From: a virus
Taxonomy: Duplodnaviria > Caudoviricetes
Reading direction: 5' to 3' (one strand)
Length of the DNA stretch: 62,167 bases
IMG/VR virus record: IMGVR_UViG_3300032373_000007
Span: 1-62,167 of that record
The notes beneath the pieces are model-generated. The model was not told the DNA's origin. It saw only the letters and a program-made list of their open reading frames with translations, and ran no database searches. The number at the start of each line of letters is the position of its first letter. Position 1 is the stretch's first letter. Of the stretch, positions 8,231 through 17,118 are shown piece after piece. Made by a program: the position numbers and the translations under genes.

Positions 8231-8928
8231 GGGTATGCGCTCCCAGCCTGTCCAGGCTCGTTGCTGTTGGTGCAGTCGCTGTCGTGGTGGTTGGCCTTGG
8301 GACAGCGCTTGTTGCCGCAGTCCGGGCAGACGATGAAGATGAAGCCCTTGAGCTCGCTGGAGCGGCAGGCGCGGCAGGGGCAGCCATCGCCCACGAGGCG
8401 CTGCATGGAGGATGCGGCAAAGCTGGCCGACCTGGGTGGCGCGCTCCACCGCAGGATCGTATCCAGCCAGGCAGCCTCAGCCCCCGGCATGTCGCAGGGG
8501 ATGCCCTCGAAGGTGCGGCCAGCAGACCGAAGCCGAGACGCCATCGCGGCGCGGCCCCGGATGTTGATGCTCGTGAGGATGCAGGGCGGCCAGTCCGCCA
8601 CAGGCAGGCGCCTCGCCACGTCCTTGAGCACGTCCTGCCCCGTGTAGAGCACAAACTCCTTGCGGCTCCAGGGCTTGCCCTTGCGGGAGACCATGAGCGT
8701 CTCCATGCGTGGGCCTCGAGGTGCATCCTGGGTCGGCAGGGGCCGAAGGTCGTGGTCGAGGAGCAGGGCCACCACCTTGATGCCTGGCGGGCGGTAGTCG
8801 GGCCACAGCAGGGGCTTGAGGGCCTCGGGATGCTCGACGGTGACCAGGATGATGCCGTGCGGGGCCAGGAGCTTCGCCAGGGTGTGGTAGCGGGTGGGGT
8901 CGTCGTCGTAGGCGATCACGAGGTTCAT
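8227..8928 (-). CDS. cyclic-phosphate-processing receiver-like domain fused to a Cys-rich domain
   Basis: YDDDPTR, LLDHDL, TGQDVL, TSINIRG; C-terminal CPCRAC...CPDCGNKRCPKANHH...CTNSNEPGQ. Confidence 0.6.
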   Translation of the reverse strand: MNLVIAYDDDPTRYHTLAKLLAPHGIILVTVEHPEALKPLLWPDYRPPGIKVVALLLDHDLRPLPTQDAPRGPRMETLMVSRKGKPWSRKEFVLYTGQDVLKDVARRLPVADWPPCILTSINIRGRAAMASRLRSAGRTFEGIPCDMPGAEAAWLDTILRWSAPPRSASFAASSMQRLVGDGCPCRACRSSELKGFIFIVCPDCGNKRCPKANHHDSDCTNSNEPGQAGSAYP

Positions 8929-9287
8929 GGCGCGCCTTCCACCAGCTTCAGGCTGACCAGGGTGATGTCTTCGTCCTTGTCCCAGGCGAGCGTGGCCACA
9001 GCTTCGCCGCGCGTCTCGCTGCTCCAGCTGTGCAAGATCTGCGGCGCGTCGAGTTCGTCGTGGGTCATGCCGCAGAGGCAGTCCTCATCCTCCTCGGTTG
9101 GCCCTGTGCACCAGACAGCGTCGCGGTAGAGGGTGACCTTGAAGCGGTCTTCGCCGGGCTCCCCACCGTAGCCGTTCAGCATCTCCTCGTAGTCCTCCAC
9201 CAGGTCGGCGAGCGCCTCGGCGAGGGTTGCAGCTTTGGTGGGGTAGGCCCAGGAGCGCCCGAAGTCGCCCCAGATGACATCAGCCAT
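8925..9287 (-). CDS. acidic hypothetical protein
   Basis: Coupled ORF. Confidence 0.6.
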   Translation of the reverse strand: MADVIWGDFGRSWAYPTKAATLAEALADLVEDYEEMLNGYGGEPGEDRFKVTLYRDAVWCTGPTEEDEDCLCGMTHDELDAPQILHSWSSETRGEAVATLAWDKDEDITLVSLKLVEGAP

Positions 9288-9568
9288 CAGTTGCTCAGCA
9301 GGTACGATGCGCAGACACGGACCGTCTTCGGCGCCATCGGCACAGCTGCCGAGGCTGACGTCATGCCCAGCTTGCAGGCGGTTCGTCGCAGCAGTTCAAC
9401 ACGCCGAACGTAGGCATCCCAGAACCCGTCTGGGGTGGGGCGTCCTGCGGCGTGCTCATCGCAACCATCGCGCAGAAGGGTCATGTCGGCGTCTTCGTCG
9501 TGGCTGCCAATCACGCCAGCGCCAGGGGCGAGCGTTGATGGGGGGCAGGGCGAGGGCTGGGTGCTCAT
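9287..9568 (-). CDS. hypothetical protein
   Basis: CACAGGATCCGACC-ATG. Confidence 0.55.
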   Translation of the reverse strand: MSTQPSPCPPSTLAPGAGVIGSHDEDADMTLLRDGCDEHAAGRPTPDGFWDAYVRRVELLRRTACKLGMTSASAAVPMAPKTVRVCASYLLSN

Positions 9569-9604
9569 GGTCGGATCCTGTGGGTGAGAAGGTGCACGCT
9601 GCGG

Positions 9605-9745
9605 CCTCCGCTCGGAGGGCAGCTCTCGAGGGCGTGCGGCCCCGTCACTTCACTGCTCAGCGCCATGTCATCACCCTTCCGAGTGCGTGGGCGACGCTGA
9701 GCGCTTGAGTCGGCGTTGGTGACAAACCGAGGAAGCTGCCCACGT
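9605..9745 (-). ncRNA. candidate structured ncRNA
   Basis: Intergenic gap with nested stems 9617-9624/9734-9741, 9644-9648/9719-9723 and 9655-9662/9695-9702, plus a terminal CACTC-GGAA-GGGTG hairpin. Confidence 0.45.
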
Positions 9746-9756
9746 CTGCAAAGTGT

Positions 9757-9990
9757 TCAGCCCTGGTCGCGTTTGGGGGTCCAGTCGTCGATCTCCGCGC
9801 CCAGGCGCTCGAAGAGGTCGGACTCCTCCCACCCGTCAGCGCTCGCGTCGAGGCACCAGTGGGAGCCGGCGGAGTTGATGAGGTCGAAGAGCTCAGGAGC
9901 GAGGCCGGCGCGCTTGGCCTTGACCAGCACGGCGAAGAGGATGTCTTCGGTGATGGGCTGGGTGTCGGTGAAAGGGCGGGTGGGGTGCAT
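9757..9990 (-). CDS. hypothetical protein
   Basis: First gene after P3; CACAGGAGCACCGACC-ATG. Confidence 0.6.
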   Translation of the reverse strand: MHPTRPFTDTQPITEDILFAVLVKAKRAGLAPELFDLINSAGSHWCLDASADGWEESDLFERLGAEIDDWTPKRDQG

Positions 9991-10013
9991 GGTCGGTGCT
10001 CCTGTGGTGCGAT

Positions 10014-10041
10014 AGCTTAGCCGTTGTGGCGATAAATGCAA
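10014..10041 (-). promoter_or_regulatory. sigma70-like promoter with operator (P3)
   Basis: TTGCAT-16 nt-TAAGCT; operator GCCGTTGTGGC. Confidence 0.75.
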
Positions 10042-10045
10042 GGGG

Positions 10046-10327
10046 CTATCCCGCCTCCATGGCGGCCACTCGGGCTTCGGCGACGGCCACAGCAGCCTCA
10101 GCTCGGCGCAGGGCTTCGTGGGATGCCTCAGCAGCAGCGCGGAGCAGGGGCAGGGCCTCAACCTTGAGGTCTGGGGCATCGTCGCCAGACCGTCCGCACA
10201 GCATCGGCAGGGCGTCCTCGGTCCATATCCCTGCCTCGATCGGGTTGTCGGTGTAGCCCTTGCCGTTCGGGCGCCAGAAATAGCCCCCTCGGCTCGGTGG
10301 GCACTGGATGAAGTAGAGCTTGGTCAT
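10046..10327 (-). CDS. phage hypothetical protein (FWRPNGKGYTD...AG)
   Basis: CAGGAG RBS; shares a WxPNxxGYTD..AG motif with 61261..61836. Confidence 0.65.
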   Translation of the reverse strand: MTKLYFIQCPPSRGGYFWRPNGKGYTDNPIEAGIWTEDALPMLCGRSGDDAPDLKVEALPLLRAAAEASHEALRRAEAAVAVAEARVAAMEAG

Positions 10328-10469
10328 GGTCGGCGTCTCCTGGCTCGCTGTGGCCGTGCGGCCCTGGCGGTGGTAGGCTTGGGGTGAAGGTAGTACCTTG
10401 GTCGGTGGCTACTGGTCCTGTGGTGAGTCGGCGTCCCTGGGTGGGGGCGCCGGCTCCTTGCGTTGGGGG

Positions 10470-12296
10470 TCAGAAAAGGATCTCATCCATCTCGTCGGGC
10501 TCAGCCTGCTCCACCTCAGCCACCGCGCCCAGCGCCTCGGCAATGAACCGGGACGGCCCAGCCTGCCGAGTCGAGCACATGCGCAGGCGGTCGCGAGCTC
10601 GCGAGCAGGCCACGTAGAAGAGCCGGCGCTCCTCTTCGAGCCCTGGGCCTGGCTTGCGGCTCCTGGGCAGCTGGCCATCCTCGGCGAGCACCCAGACGGC
10701 GGTCCACTCCAGGCCCTTGGCGGCGTGGATGCTGTAGAGCTTGACGGCGCCCTCGCCCTCCTCGGGCTTCTCTGCGTCGTGGATCTCGCGCTCGGTGTAC
10801 CAGTCGAGGAAGGCTAGGGCGGTCTTGTCCTCGGCGGCCGCGCGCCAGGCGATGAAGGCAGCCCAGACGCGGTCCAGCTCCTGGAGGCGGCCAGCCAGGT
10901 GGTGGCGGGTCAGGTCGTCGCGCATGGCTGTGACGGCGGTGGCGAAGGCGATCATGTCGTTGCCCTCGGCGATGCTGATCCGGGTCTCGGTGATGCCCAG
11001 CACCAGGTCGGCAGCTGCTGGCCTCACCATCTTACGGAGAGCCACGGCCAGGATGGGCTCGCCCGAGCGCACGGACTCCGAGCGGAGTTCGGCCCACTCC
11101 CAGGGCTTGCAGCGGGCCGCGGCGTGGTGAAGGGCCGAGTACAGGGAGAGGTGATCGTGGGGCTCGATGGCGACGCGCAGCAGGTTGACGAGCCACCTGG
11201 CCTCTTCGGAGCGCCAGACGTCGGACTCGTTCTTCGGACAGCTGTGCGGGATGCCGGCATCCTCGAGATGCTTGGCCAGGTCTTGGAGCGGGGCCCACAC
11301 CGGAGACAGCACGGCCATCTCGCCCCAGGGGGTGCCGGCGTCATGCTGGCGGTGCAGGTCGGCGGTGATGTCGGCGTGGAGGCCCCAGGCGGTGGCGGAC
11401 TCGATGGTGCCCACGGCGTCGTCGCCCAGGGAATCGCGGTGGGCTGTCTGCTGAAGCCCGGGGATCTCCATGGCCCCAGCGATGCGGTTGACCACCTCCA
11501 CCACCTCGGGCACGCTGCGGAAGTTGATGCTGAGGCTTCGCGATTCGCAGCCCTCGACCTCGGCCAGGGCCAGGAAGCCAGCAGGGTAGGCGCCACGGAA
11601 GGAAAAAATCGCCTGCGAGTAGTCGCCCACATCGAGGCGGTTGGTTGGGGCGAGTGCTGCGAGGATGGCCTGCTGCTTTGGGTTGGCATCTTGGGCTTCG
11701 TCGTGGAGCAGCCATGGGTGGCGCCTGCGGATCTGCTCGCAAGCCATCGGGCTGGTGCGGAGCAGTTGGAGGGTGAAGTCCAGGATCATCTCGTAGTCGC
11801 AAGCTCCACATTCCAGCATGACCCGGCGATAGGCTCGCTGGATGTCGGGCTTCTTGATCTGGGACTCTGCTCGGCGCTTCCTGCCGGAGGCGGAGGTGCA
11901 TGGCTTCAACGTGGGGTCAGCCTCGCGGGCAAGGTGGCAGATCACGTCGACGCGATCGCGGCCGTCTCTCACTACGATGGTCTTGGGTAGGCCCAGGATG
12001 TCGTGGTACGTTCGGATGAGGGTGAGGCACCATGAGTGCACAGTCGTCAGGCGGACCCGTTTCGCTGACCATCGGGCGCCGAGTAACTCGCGATACTCTT
12101 CCAGTCTGGTGGCCATTCCGTTCGCTGCGAGCCTAGTAAAAGTCAGGTTCAGCAGTTCATCCTCATGGACACCAGCCTCAAGTAGGGCCACGTTCCTCGA
12201 CACGAGCGTGTGGGTCTTTCCTGACCCCGGACCGGCCGCCACGGCCACACGGGCAGCGCGGGTGTCGACGATGGCCCGCTGTTCAGGGGTGAGCAT
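10470..12296 (-). CDS. UvrD/Rep-family SF1 DNA helicase
   Basis: LTPEQ, AGPGSGKT, LTFT, DEAQD, VGDYSQAIFSFRGA, NFRS, SIHAAKGLEW, EEERRLFYVACSRAR. Confidence 0.95.
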   Translation of the reverse strand: MLTPEQRAIVDTRAARVAVAAGPGSGKTHTLVSRNVALLEAGVHEDELLNLTFTRLAANGMATRLEEYRELLGARWSAKRVRLTTVHSWCLTLIRTYHDILGLPKTIVVRDGRDRVDVICHLAREADPTLKPCTSASGRKRRAESQIKKPDIQRAYRRVMLECGACDYEMILDFTLQLLRTSPMACEQIRRRHPWLLHDEAQDANPKQQAILAALAPTNRLDVGDYSQAIFSFRGAYPAGFLALAEVEGCESRSLSINFRSVPEVVEVVNRIAGAMEIPGLQQTAHRDSLGDDAVGTIESATAWGLHADITADLHRQHDAGTPWGEMAVLSPVWAPLQDLAKHLEDAGIPHSCPKNESDVWRSEEARWLVNLLRVAIEPHDHLSLYSALHHAAARCKPWEWAELRSESVRSGEPILAVALRKMVRPAAADLVLGITETRISIAEGNDMIAFATAVTAMRDDLTRHHLAGRLQELDRVWAAFIAWRAAAEDKTALAFLDWYTEREIHDAEKPEEGEGAVKLYSIHAAKGLEWTAVWVLAEDGQLPRSRKPGPGLEEERRLFYVACSRARDRLRMCSTRQAGPSRFIAEALGAVAEVEQAEPDEMDEILF

Positions 12297-12694
12297 CAGG
12301 ACCGATCCTCTGCCCACGCGGACAGCATCTCGGCAGTGAGGCGGTCAGGCTGGCCACCTGTCTTCGCAGCCCGGAGCACCAGATCGGCAACCTCGCGATG
12401 CCGGAGATCTCCACAGACTTGCCGCCAGTAGCCTGCCTCCTGACTCTCTCCACGTACCTCGGGCAGCTGCGCAGCGCTCTCCGCAGCCATGGCCACAGCT
12501 GCGCTGCGGACCACCAGGGCCACATTGGGAGGGAGGCGCTGCACTAGGGCCCGCACAGCGGACTCCCAGGTCTCGAAGGCGTCCCCAAGCCCGTCGCCGT
12601 AGGCTGCGCTTCGCTCATCTCTGCGGGCAGACTCGACATCCTGGGCCATCCGCTCGCGGGAGACTGTTGGGCTGAGGATGAGTGCAGTGGGCAT
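12296..12694 (-). CDS. hypothetical protein
   Basis: First gene after P4; coupled to the helicase. Confidence 0.6.
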   Translation of the reverse strand: MPTALILSPTVSRERMAQDVESARRDERSAAYGDGLGDAFETWESAVRALVQRLPPNVALVVRSAAVAMAAESAAQLPEVRGESQEAGYWRQVCGDLRHREVADLVLRAAKTGGQPDRLTAEMLSAWAEDRS

Positions 12695-12744
12695 GGTCGG
12701 TGTCCTCGCGTGGGTGGCGCTGCAGGTCTCCCAGCAGCACCAAG

Positions 12745-12773
12745 ACTATAGGCCATTGCGGCTAAGAATGCAA
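12745..12773 (-). promoter_or_regulatory. sigma70-like promoter with operator (P4)
   Basis: TTGCAT-17 nt-TATAGT; operator GCCATTGCGGC. Confidence 0.85.
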
Positions 12774-13157
12774 GGGATGGTTCTCCTGTGTTTGCCGTCG
12801 CCTCCACCAAGCGACCCGAGAATCCCGCGGGGCCTTATTCATCGGCACGCCCTCCTCGCATTGCGTGTCGATCTTGGGCCACGTCTCGCCGGTTGGGTAG
12901 TACTCCCCAGACATGTCCTGCTCCTGCTCGAAGCTGTAGCCGCGCACCTCGTGCCACTCGCCATCGACGTAGATCATGCCGAAGTTGTCGGGCTCCCAGC
13001 CCTTGCCATAGTTGTCGTGATCGAGGCCGTAGACCTCGCCCTGCCTGGGGGTGCGCGCGGCGTTTCGCCAGCAGTGCTTCTCGTGTCGGCGGGTGTCAGC
13101 CTTCCGGGCATAGTGCTTCGCGCAGAAGTCGCACTGGTAGCGGGTGATGGTCTTCAT
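12762..13157 (-). CDS. C2HC zinc-finger hypothetical protein
   Basis: YQCDFCAKHY...HEKHC. Confidence 0.65.
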   Translation of the reverse strand: MKTITRYQCDFCAKHYARKADTRRHEKHCWRNAARTPRQGEVYGLDHDNYGKGWEPDNFGMIYVDGEWHEVRGYSFEQEQDMSGEYYPTGETWPKIDTQCEEGVPMNKAPRDSRVAWWRRRQTQENHPLHS

Positions 13158-13166
13158 GTTGGCCTC

Positions 13167-13580
13167 TCAGTAGAAGATGGACTCGTCGAGATAGGAGCCC
13201 AGGTACTCCCGCTCCCTGCGCTTGGGCTTGATCCCCAGGAACTCCGCGAAGGTCCGGGAGCTGTCCTCAGCCAGCCAGTCCCGGTACCGCTTCTGCCCCC
13301 TCGTCAGCTTCGGCTTGGCCCGGATGTGCGCCGACTGCGCCCGAGCCTTGCCCAGGTCAGTGCAGCGGAAGCACCGCGACTCCTTCGGGATGAAGCCCGG
13401 CGACTGCGACTGGTAGACGAAGCCACCGGCCTCGAGCTCGCGGAGCTGGGCCAGCTCGGGCGCTCCTTCGGAGGTCACGTAGAGGTTGCGGTAGGCCTTG
13501 TGGGTCCACTCGTCGAGGCCTCGCATGTGGCAGAGGATCTGGTCGAGGGGGTCGGCGACGTGGTAGCGGGGGCGGGTCAT
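13167..13580 (-). CDS. phage hypothetical protein (winged-helix-like)
   Basis: YRNLYVT...FRCTDLG...LTRGQKRYRDWL. Confidence 0.6.
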   Translation of the reverse strand: MTRPRYHVADPLDQILCHMRGLDEWTHKAYRNLYVTSEGAPELAQLRELEAGGFVYQSQSPGFIPKESRCFRCTDLGKARAQSAHIRAKPKLTRGQKRYRDWLAEDSSRTFAEFLGIKPKRREREYLGSYLDESIFY

Positions 13581-14035
13581 GATGACCTCCGCATCTGCGC
13601 AGCCCGCACCGCCCGAGCATGGGCCAGCTTTGCCTGCCTCACCTCGGGGATGGTGTCCAGTCGGTGCCGCCTCGTCGCAGGCTCCAACTCGCGCAGTTCG
13701 ACCTCCAACCGGTCGAGGATGCCCAGCTTGTCGCCGTCGCCATAGAGCTCCTTGGCGTAGCTGCCAGAGAACGCCGGCTCAGACCAGCACAGCCCCTCCA
13801 GGATGTTGCAGTCGTCGCAAGGCTCAGCCTCCCCGGTGATGTAGGCGGCGGCCTCGCGGGCGTCGTCTCCATGAGGCCAGGAGGTGTGCAGGCTGACACC
13901 CCACACGAAGGGCTCCTCGCCTCGCCCGGTGTCGAAGCCCAGGTGCAGGGCGATGTCTCCGAGGCTGACTGCGAGGGCGTGTGTGAAGCGCCCGGGACGA
14001 TCCTGGCGCTCGCGGATGATGTGGTGGCGGGTCAC
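13577..14035 (-). CDS. hypothetical protein
   Basis: Coupled ORF. Confidence 0.55.
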   Translation of the reverse strand: MTRHHIIRERQDRPGRFTHALAVSLGDIALHLGFDTGRGEEPFVWGVSLHTSWPHGDDAREAAAYITGEAEPCDDCNILEGLCWSEPAFSGSYAKELYGDGDKLGILDRLEVELRELEPATRRHRLDTIPEVRQAKLAHARAVRAAQMRRSS

Positions 14036-14304
14036 GTGGTGCTCCTGGTGGTTGCGGTCTCGGTCATCTCTCGGGCCAGCTTCCCCGCGCGCTCAGCTGC
14101 CAGCGCCGCCCGCCGGGCAGACCTGGCCGCAGCCTTCGCAGCAGCGGTGATGACGGCGTGATCGGGGGCGGACTTGCGGACTCCGTGGAGCCAGCCCGAG
14201 TCGATGAGATCGCCAGACGGGGTCTGCGTCTCCCAGCGCCAGCCGATCCCTCTGAACCACCAAGCCTTGATGGGCAGGAAGGGGGCAGGGATCTCGGTGG
14301 TCAT
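14032..14304 (-). CDS. hypothetical protein
   Basis: ATG overlaps the stop of the SbcC-like gene. Confidence 0.5.
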   Translation of the reverse strand: MTTEIPAPFLPIKAWWFRGIGWRWETQTPSGDLIDSGWLHGVRKSAPDHAVITAAAKAAARSARRAALAAERAGKLAREMTETATTRSTT

Positions 14305-16532
14305 GCGCCACCGCCCAGCCACCGCTTGGTGACACCCTTGGGCGCCTCGGGCTCCTCGTTGGCAGCCTCGCTGACTATGGCCTGAGAGATGGCCCCTGAT
14401 GCCTGGAGCTCCACCAGCGCAGCCAGGACAGTCTCACGGGACCGCGGCTGTTGCGCGTGCTGTCCCACCGCCTCGAAGTTGTCCAGGATGACCGGGCTCC
14501 AGGATGCCTTGGACAGGCGAGCCAGGGCCACGGAGACAGCAGCGCCCAGCACGGCCCCCTCGGATGCCGACAGGCTCCAGTAGGGGATGCGGATGGCGCT
14601 CGGCCCCTCGCCCCGGATGGCCCCGAAGTCACTGGCCCCGTCGAGGTAGAACCGATCGGTGATGCCGCAGGCTGCCAGGAATGCATCGACCGCCCCGCAG
14701 ATGGGCCCAGACGCTGCCCGCGCCATCTCCTCGCGCACCTCGGCCACAGCCTTGCCGATCGCCTTGATCGTGGCGAGCCGGCCCTGGGCGAGCGCCACCT
14801 GGCCGATGGCCGTCTGCCGGTCTGCCTCGCGCTGGGCATAGGCCTTGTGGGCGTCCACGATGGCCACCTGCTCGGCGATGAGGGCATCGACCTGGCCCAC
14901 CTCCTGGCGGAGCTTGTCGGGGTCTCCTGGGACGGTCTCGTCCTTGCTGGGGATGGCAGCCATGTCGGCAGTGGTCTGCTCGAGCGCCTCCTGGGCTCGG
15001 GTCAGGCGAGCCTTGGCGGCAGGGGTCAGGGTGCTGGTAGGTGCGGCAGGCTCCTCGGGGATGGCCTGGAGGTCGTGCCGAGCAGTCTGTGCCGCAACCC
15101 GGGCATGGCCGCGGGTATTCAGCAGCGCAGTTCGCTGCTCCCGGGCCTGCCGCAGAGCCTCGCCCTTGGCGCGCTCCCGCGACTCTGCCAGCTTCACCTC
15201 GGCTGCAGCAAAGCTGGCCTCGCGCTTCGCAGCAGCGTAGGCTGCTCGACTCTTCGCCAGGGCCTGGGCAGCCTCGGCCACGACACCCTCGCCGGCCTTC
15301 ACTCGGCCAGCCAGGTCCAGGGGGTCGGCTACCCCGCATTCCTTGCAGTGGGCAACGTCGGCCCCCTCAGCCAGCCCCCGCAGGGTCTCCAGCTCGGCCG
15401 CTGCCTTGTCGTGGACGCTCCGCACGTCTCCGCCGGCCTGCACGTGCTGCTCCACCACCCGGAGCGCCTGAGCAGCATCCTTGCGGGCCTTGTCGGCCTT
15501 CTCCTTGGCGACCCGCAGCTGCTCCTCAGCGCCAGCCACATCGGGCTCGGGCTTCGCTTGGGCGGCAGCCAGGGCCTTCTCTGCGAGGTCGAGGGCAGCG
15601 ACTGCGCCAGCGCGGTGGTGCTTGTGGTTCGCGTCGCGCTCCTTCAGGGCGTTGGCATCTCCCAGCTTCGCCACGCGCAGACCTTCGTCAGCGGCATCCA
15701 CTTCCTTCTGCGCACGGTTCACGGCGGCCAGAGCCCGCCCGGCTGCGCTCTGGGCGTCGGTGTTGCGCTTCACGGCGGCCTCAGCCCGCTCCAGAGCCAC
15801 GAGGGCAGCGTCCCGCTCACCCCGGAGCTTCACCAGCTGCGCCTCGGCAGCAGAGCGGCGGCCAGCGGGCGGGTCCTGCTCGTCGTGGAGCTTGGCCGCA
15901 GCCTTGGCAGCGCTGAAGGCCCCGTTGGCGGTGGTGTAGGCCGACCCCTTGCCAGGCCCGTACCAGCTGAGCGCAGCGGAGAGCCAGGCATCAGCAGCCG
16001 CGAGCCCGAAGGCCATGCCGATCAGGTCCTCGACCACCGGCAGATCCTCGAGGGTGAGCCCGGCGTGCCCCACGATGTCGGAGACCACGCGGTCGACTGT
16101 CCAGCCGTCGAGCAGCCCTCCAGCCTGCACCACGCTGTCGAGCACCTGCTGCCGGGCCTTGTCCGTGCCGTTGGCGAAGTCGCCCAGGTCCCAGGACGTG
16201 GGCAGGGTGCCGACTGCGACGCCGATCTGCTCGTTGGTCTCCTCGACGGCCTTGCCCTTGACGAGAGTCAGGTCGCGCTCGACTCGGCAGTCCCCGAAGT
16301 CGAGCAGGATGGTGGCCTTGGGGCGCCTGGGGCCGAGGTAGAGGCCGACCCCGGTGGGCCTGCTGTCGAGGCCGTGCAGGGCGGCAGTGATGGCCTGGAG
16401 GCGGGTGGACTTGCCTGAGCCGTTGGGGCCGCAGATGAGGGTGACGGCGGCGAAGGTCTCGGTGAAGCGCTGAGCCTTGAGGCCCTCGCGGCCGGAGACG
16501 GTGAGGGACTGGAGGGTGCGGGGGTCGGTCAT
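14301..16532 (-). CDS. SbcC/Rad50-like SMC ATPase
   Basis: Walker A GPNGSGKS, long coiled coils, central CKEC hook, LSASE signature, ILDNFE Walker B. Confidence 0.85.
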   Translation of the reverse strand: MTDPRTLQSLTVSGREGLKAQRFTETFAAVTLICGPNGSGKSTRLQAITAALHGLDSRPTGVGLYLGPRRPKATILLDFGDCRVERDLTLVKGKAVEETNEQIGVAVGTLPTSWDLGDFANGTDKARQQVLDSVVQAGGLLDGWTVDRVVSDIVGHAGLTLEDLPVVEDLIGMAFGLAAADAWLSAALSWYGPGKGSAYTTANGAFSAAKAAAKLHDEQDPPAGRRSAAEAQLVKLRGERDAALVALERAEAAVKRNTDAQSAAGRALAAVNRAQKEVDAADEGLRVAKLGDANALKERDANHKHHRAGAVAALDLAEKALAAAQAKPEPDVAGAEEQLRVAKEKADKARKDAAQALRVVEQHVQAGGDVRSVHDKAAAELETLRGLAEGADVAHCKECGVADPLDLAGRVKAGEGVVAEAAQALAKSRAAYAAAKREASFAAAEVKLAESRERAKGEALRQAREQRTALLNTRGHARVAAQTARHDLQAIPEEPAAPTSTLTPAAKARLTRAQEALEQTTADMAAIPSKDETVPGDPDKLRQEVGQVDALIAEQVAIVDAHKAYAQREADRQTAIGQVALAQGRLATIKAIGKAVAEVREEMARAASGPICGAVDAFLAACGITDRFYLDGASDFGAIRGEGPSAIRIPYWSLSASEGAVLGAAVSVALARLSKASWSPVILDNFEAVGQHAQQPRSRETVLAALVELQASGAISQAIVSEAANEEPEAPKGVTKRWLGGGA

Positions 16533-16593
16533 GGGTGGGGTCCTGTGTTGGGGGTGAGGGGTGGCCGGGATGATCTCCCGGTGAGCCGTAGGC

Positions 16594-16965
16594 TCAGCGC
16601 GCAGCCCGGAACATCGCTGCGATCTCTTCCTCGGTCAGGTCGTCGCTGGATGAGGCGGTGATCGTGAGGTTGTACGGCAGCCCGATTCGGTCAGCCTCCT
16701 GCTCGCACCACGCGCGGCAGATGGCGAACCCTTCGTCACGGGATGCAGCGGACACGTCCGGGAGCGTTGAGGGGTCGAGTTGGAGAAGCAGCGGATGCTG
16801 CTTTGCGCACCGCTCCCCGACGCTCTTCAACATGCGCGCCATCCCCATCGTCATGATCCCGGGGTGGAACAGGTCGACGAGGTCGTGAACCTTGGAGTAT
16901 TCGAGCGTGAGGCCCGTGACTGCTGTGAAAACCGTGCTCACGTGGTACGTCTTGTTCCTTTCCAT
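16594..16965 (-). CDS. phage hypothetical protein
   Basis: First gene after P5; CACAGGAG RBS. Confidence 0.65.
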   Translation of the reverse strand: MERNKTYHVSTVFTAVTGLTLEYSKVHDLVDLFHPGIMTMGMARMLKSVGERCAKQHPLLLQLDPSTLPDVSAASRDEGFAICRAWCEQEADRIGLPYNLTITASSSDDLTEEEIAAMFRAAR

Positions 16966-17015
16966 GGCGCTCTCCTGTGGTGACTGCTGGCAGGCTGTTT
17001 CCTTCCAGCCCTCAA

Positions 17016-17044
17016 TACATAGGCCACCACGGCTAAGCGCGCAA
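17016..17044 (-). promoter_or_regulatory. sigma70-like promoter with operator (P5)
   Basis: TTGCGC-17 nt-TATGTA; operator GCCACCACGGC. Confidence 0.75.
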
Positions 17045-17065
17045 GGTCTACCAGTTCGATTAGGC

Positions 17066-17101
17066 AAAGAAAAGGGCCGACCCACCGAAGCGGACCGGCC
17101 C
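17066..17101 (-). terminator. intrinsic terminator
   Basis: GGGCCGGTCCGC-TTCG-GTGGGTCGGCCC hairpin followed by TTTTCTTT, just after the gene ending at 17119. Confidence 0.85.
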
Positions 17102-17118
17102 AGATGCTCACGCCCCGC

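Noticed and set aside
9605-9745. Twister or hammerhead ribozyme call
   Set aside because: Only partial resemblance; the conserved cores (CUGAUGA with GAAA, or the twister UAA and pseudoknots) were not found, so it is kept as an unassigned RNA
11930-12230. Lower-GC patch in uvrD as an intein or intron
   Set aside because: Frame is continuous with normal helicase motif spacing and no splicing motifs; at most a recombination patch
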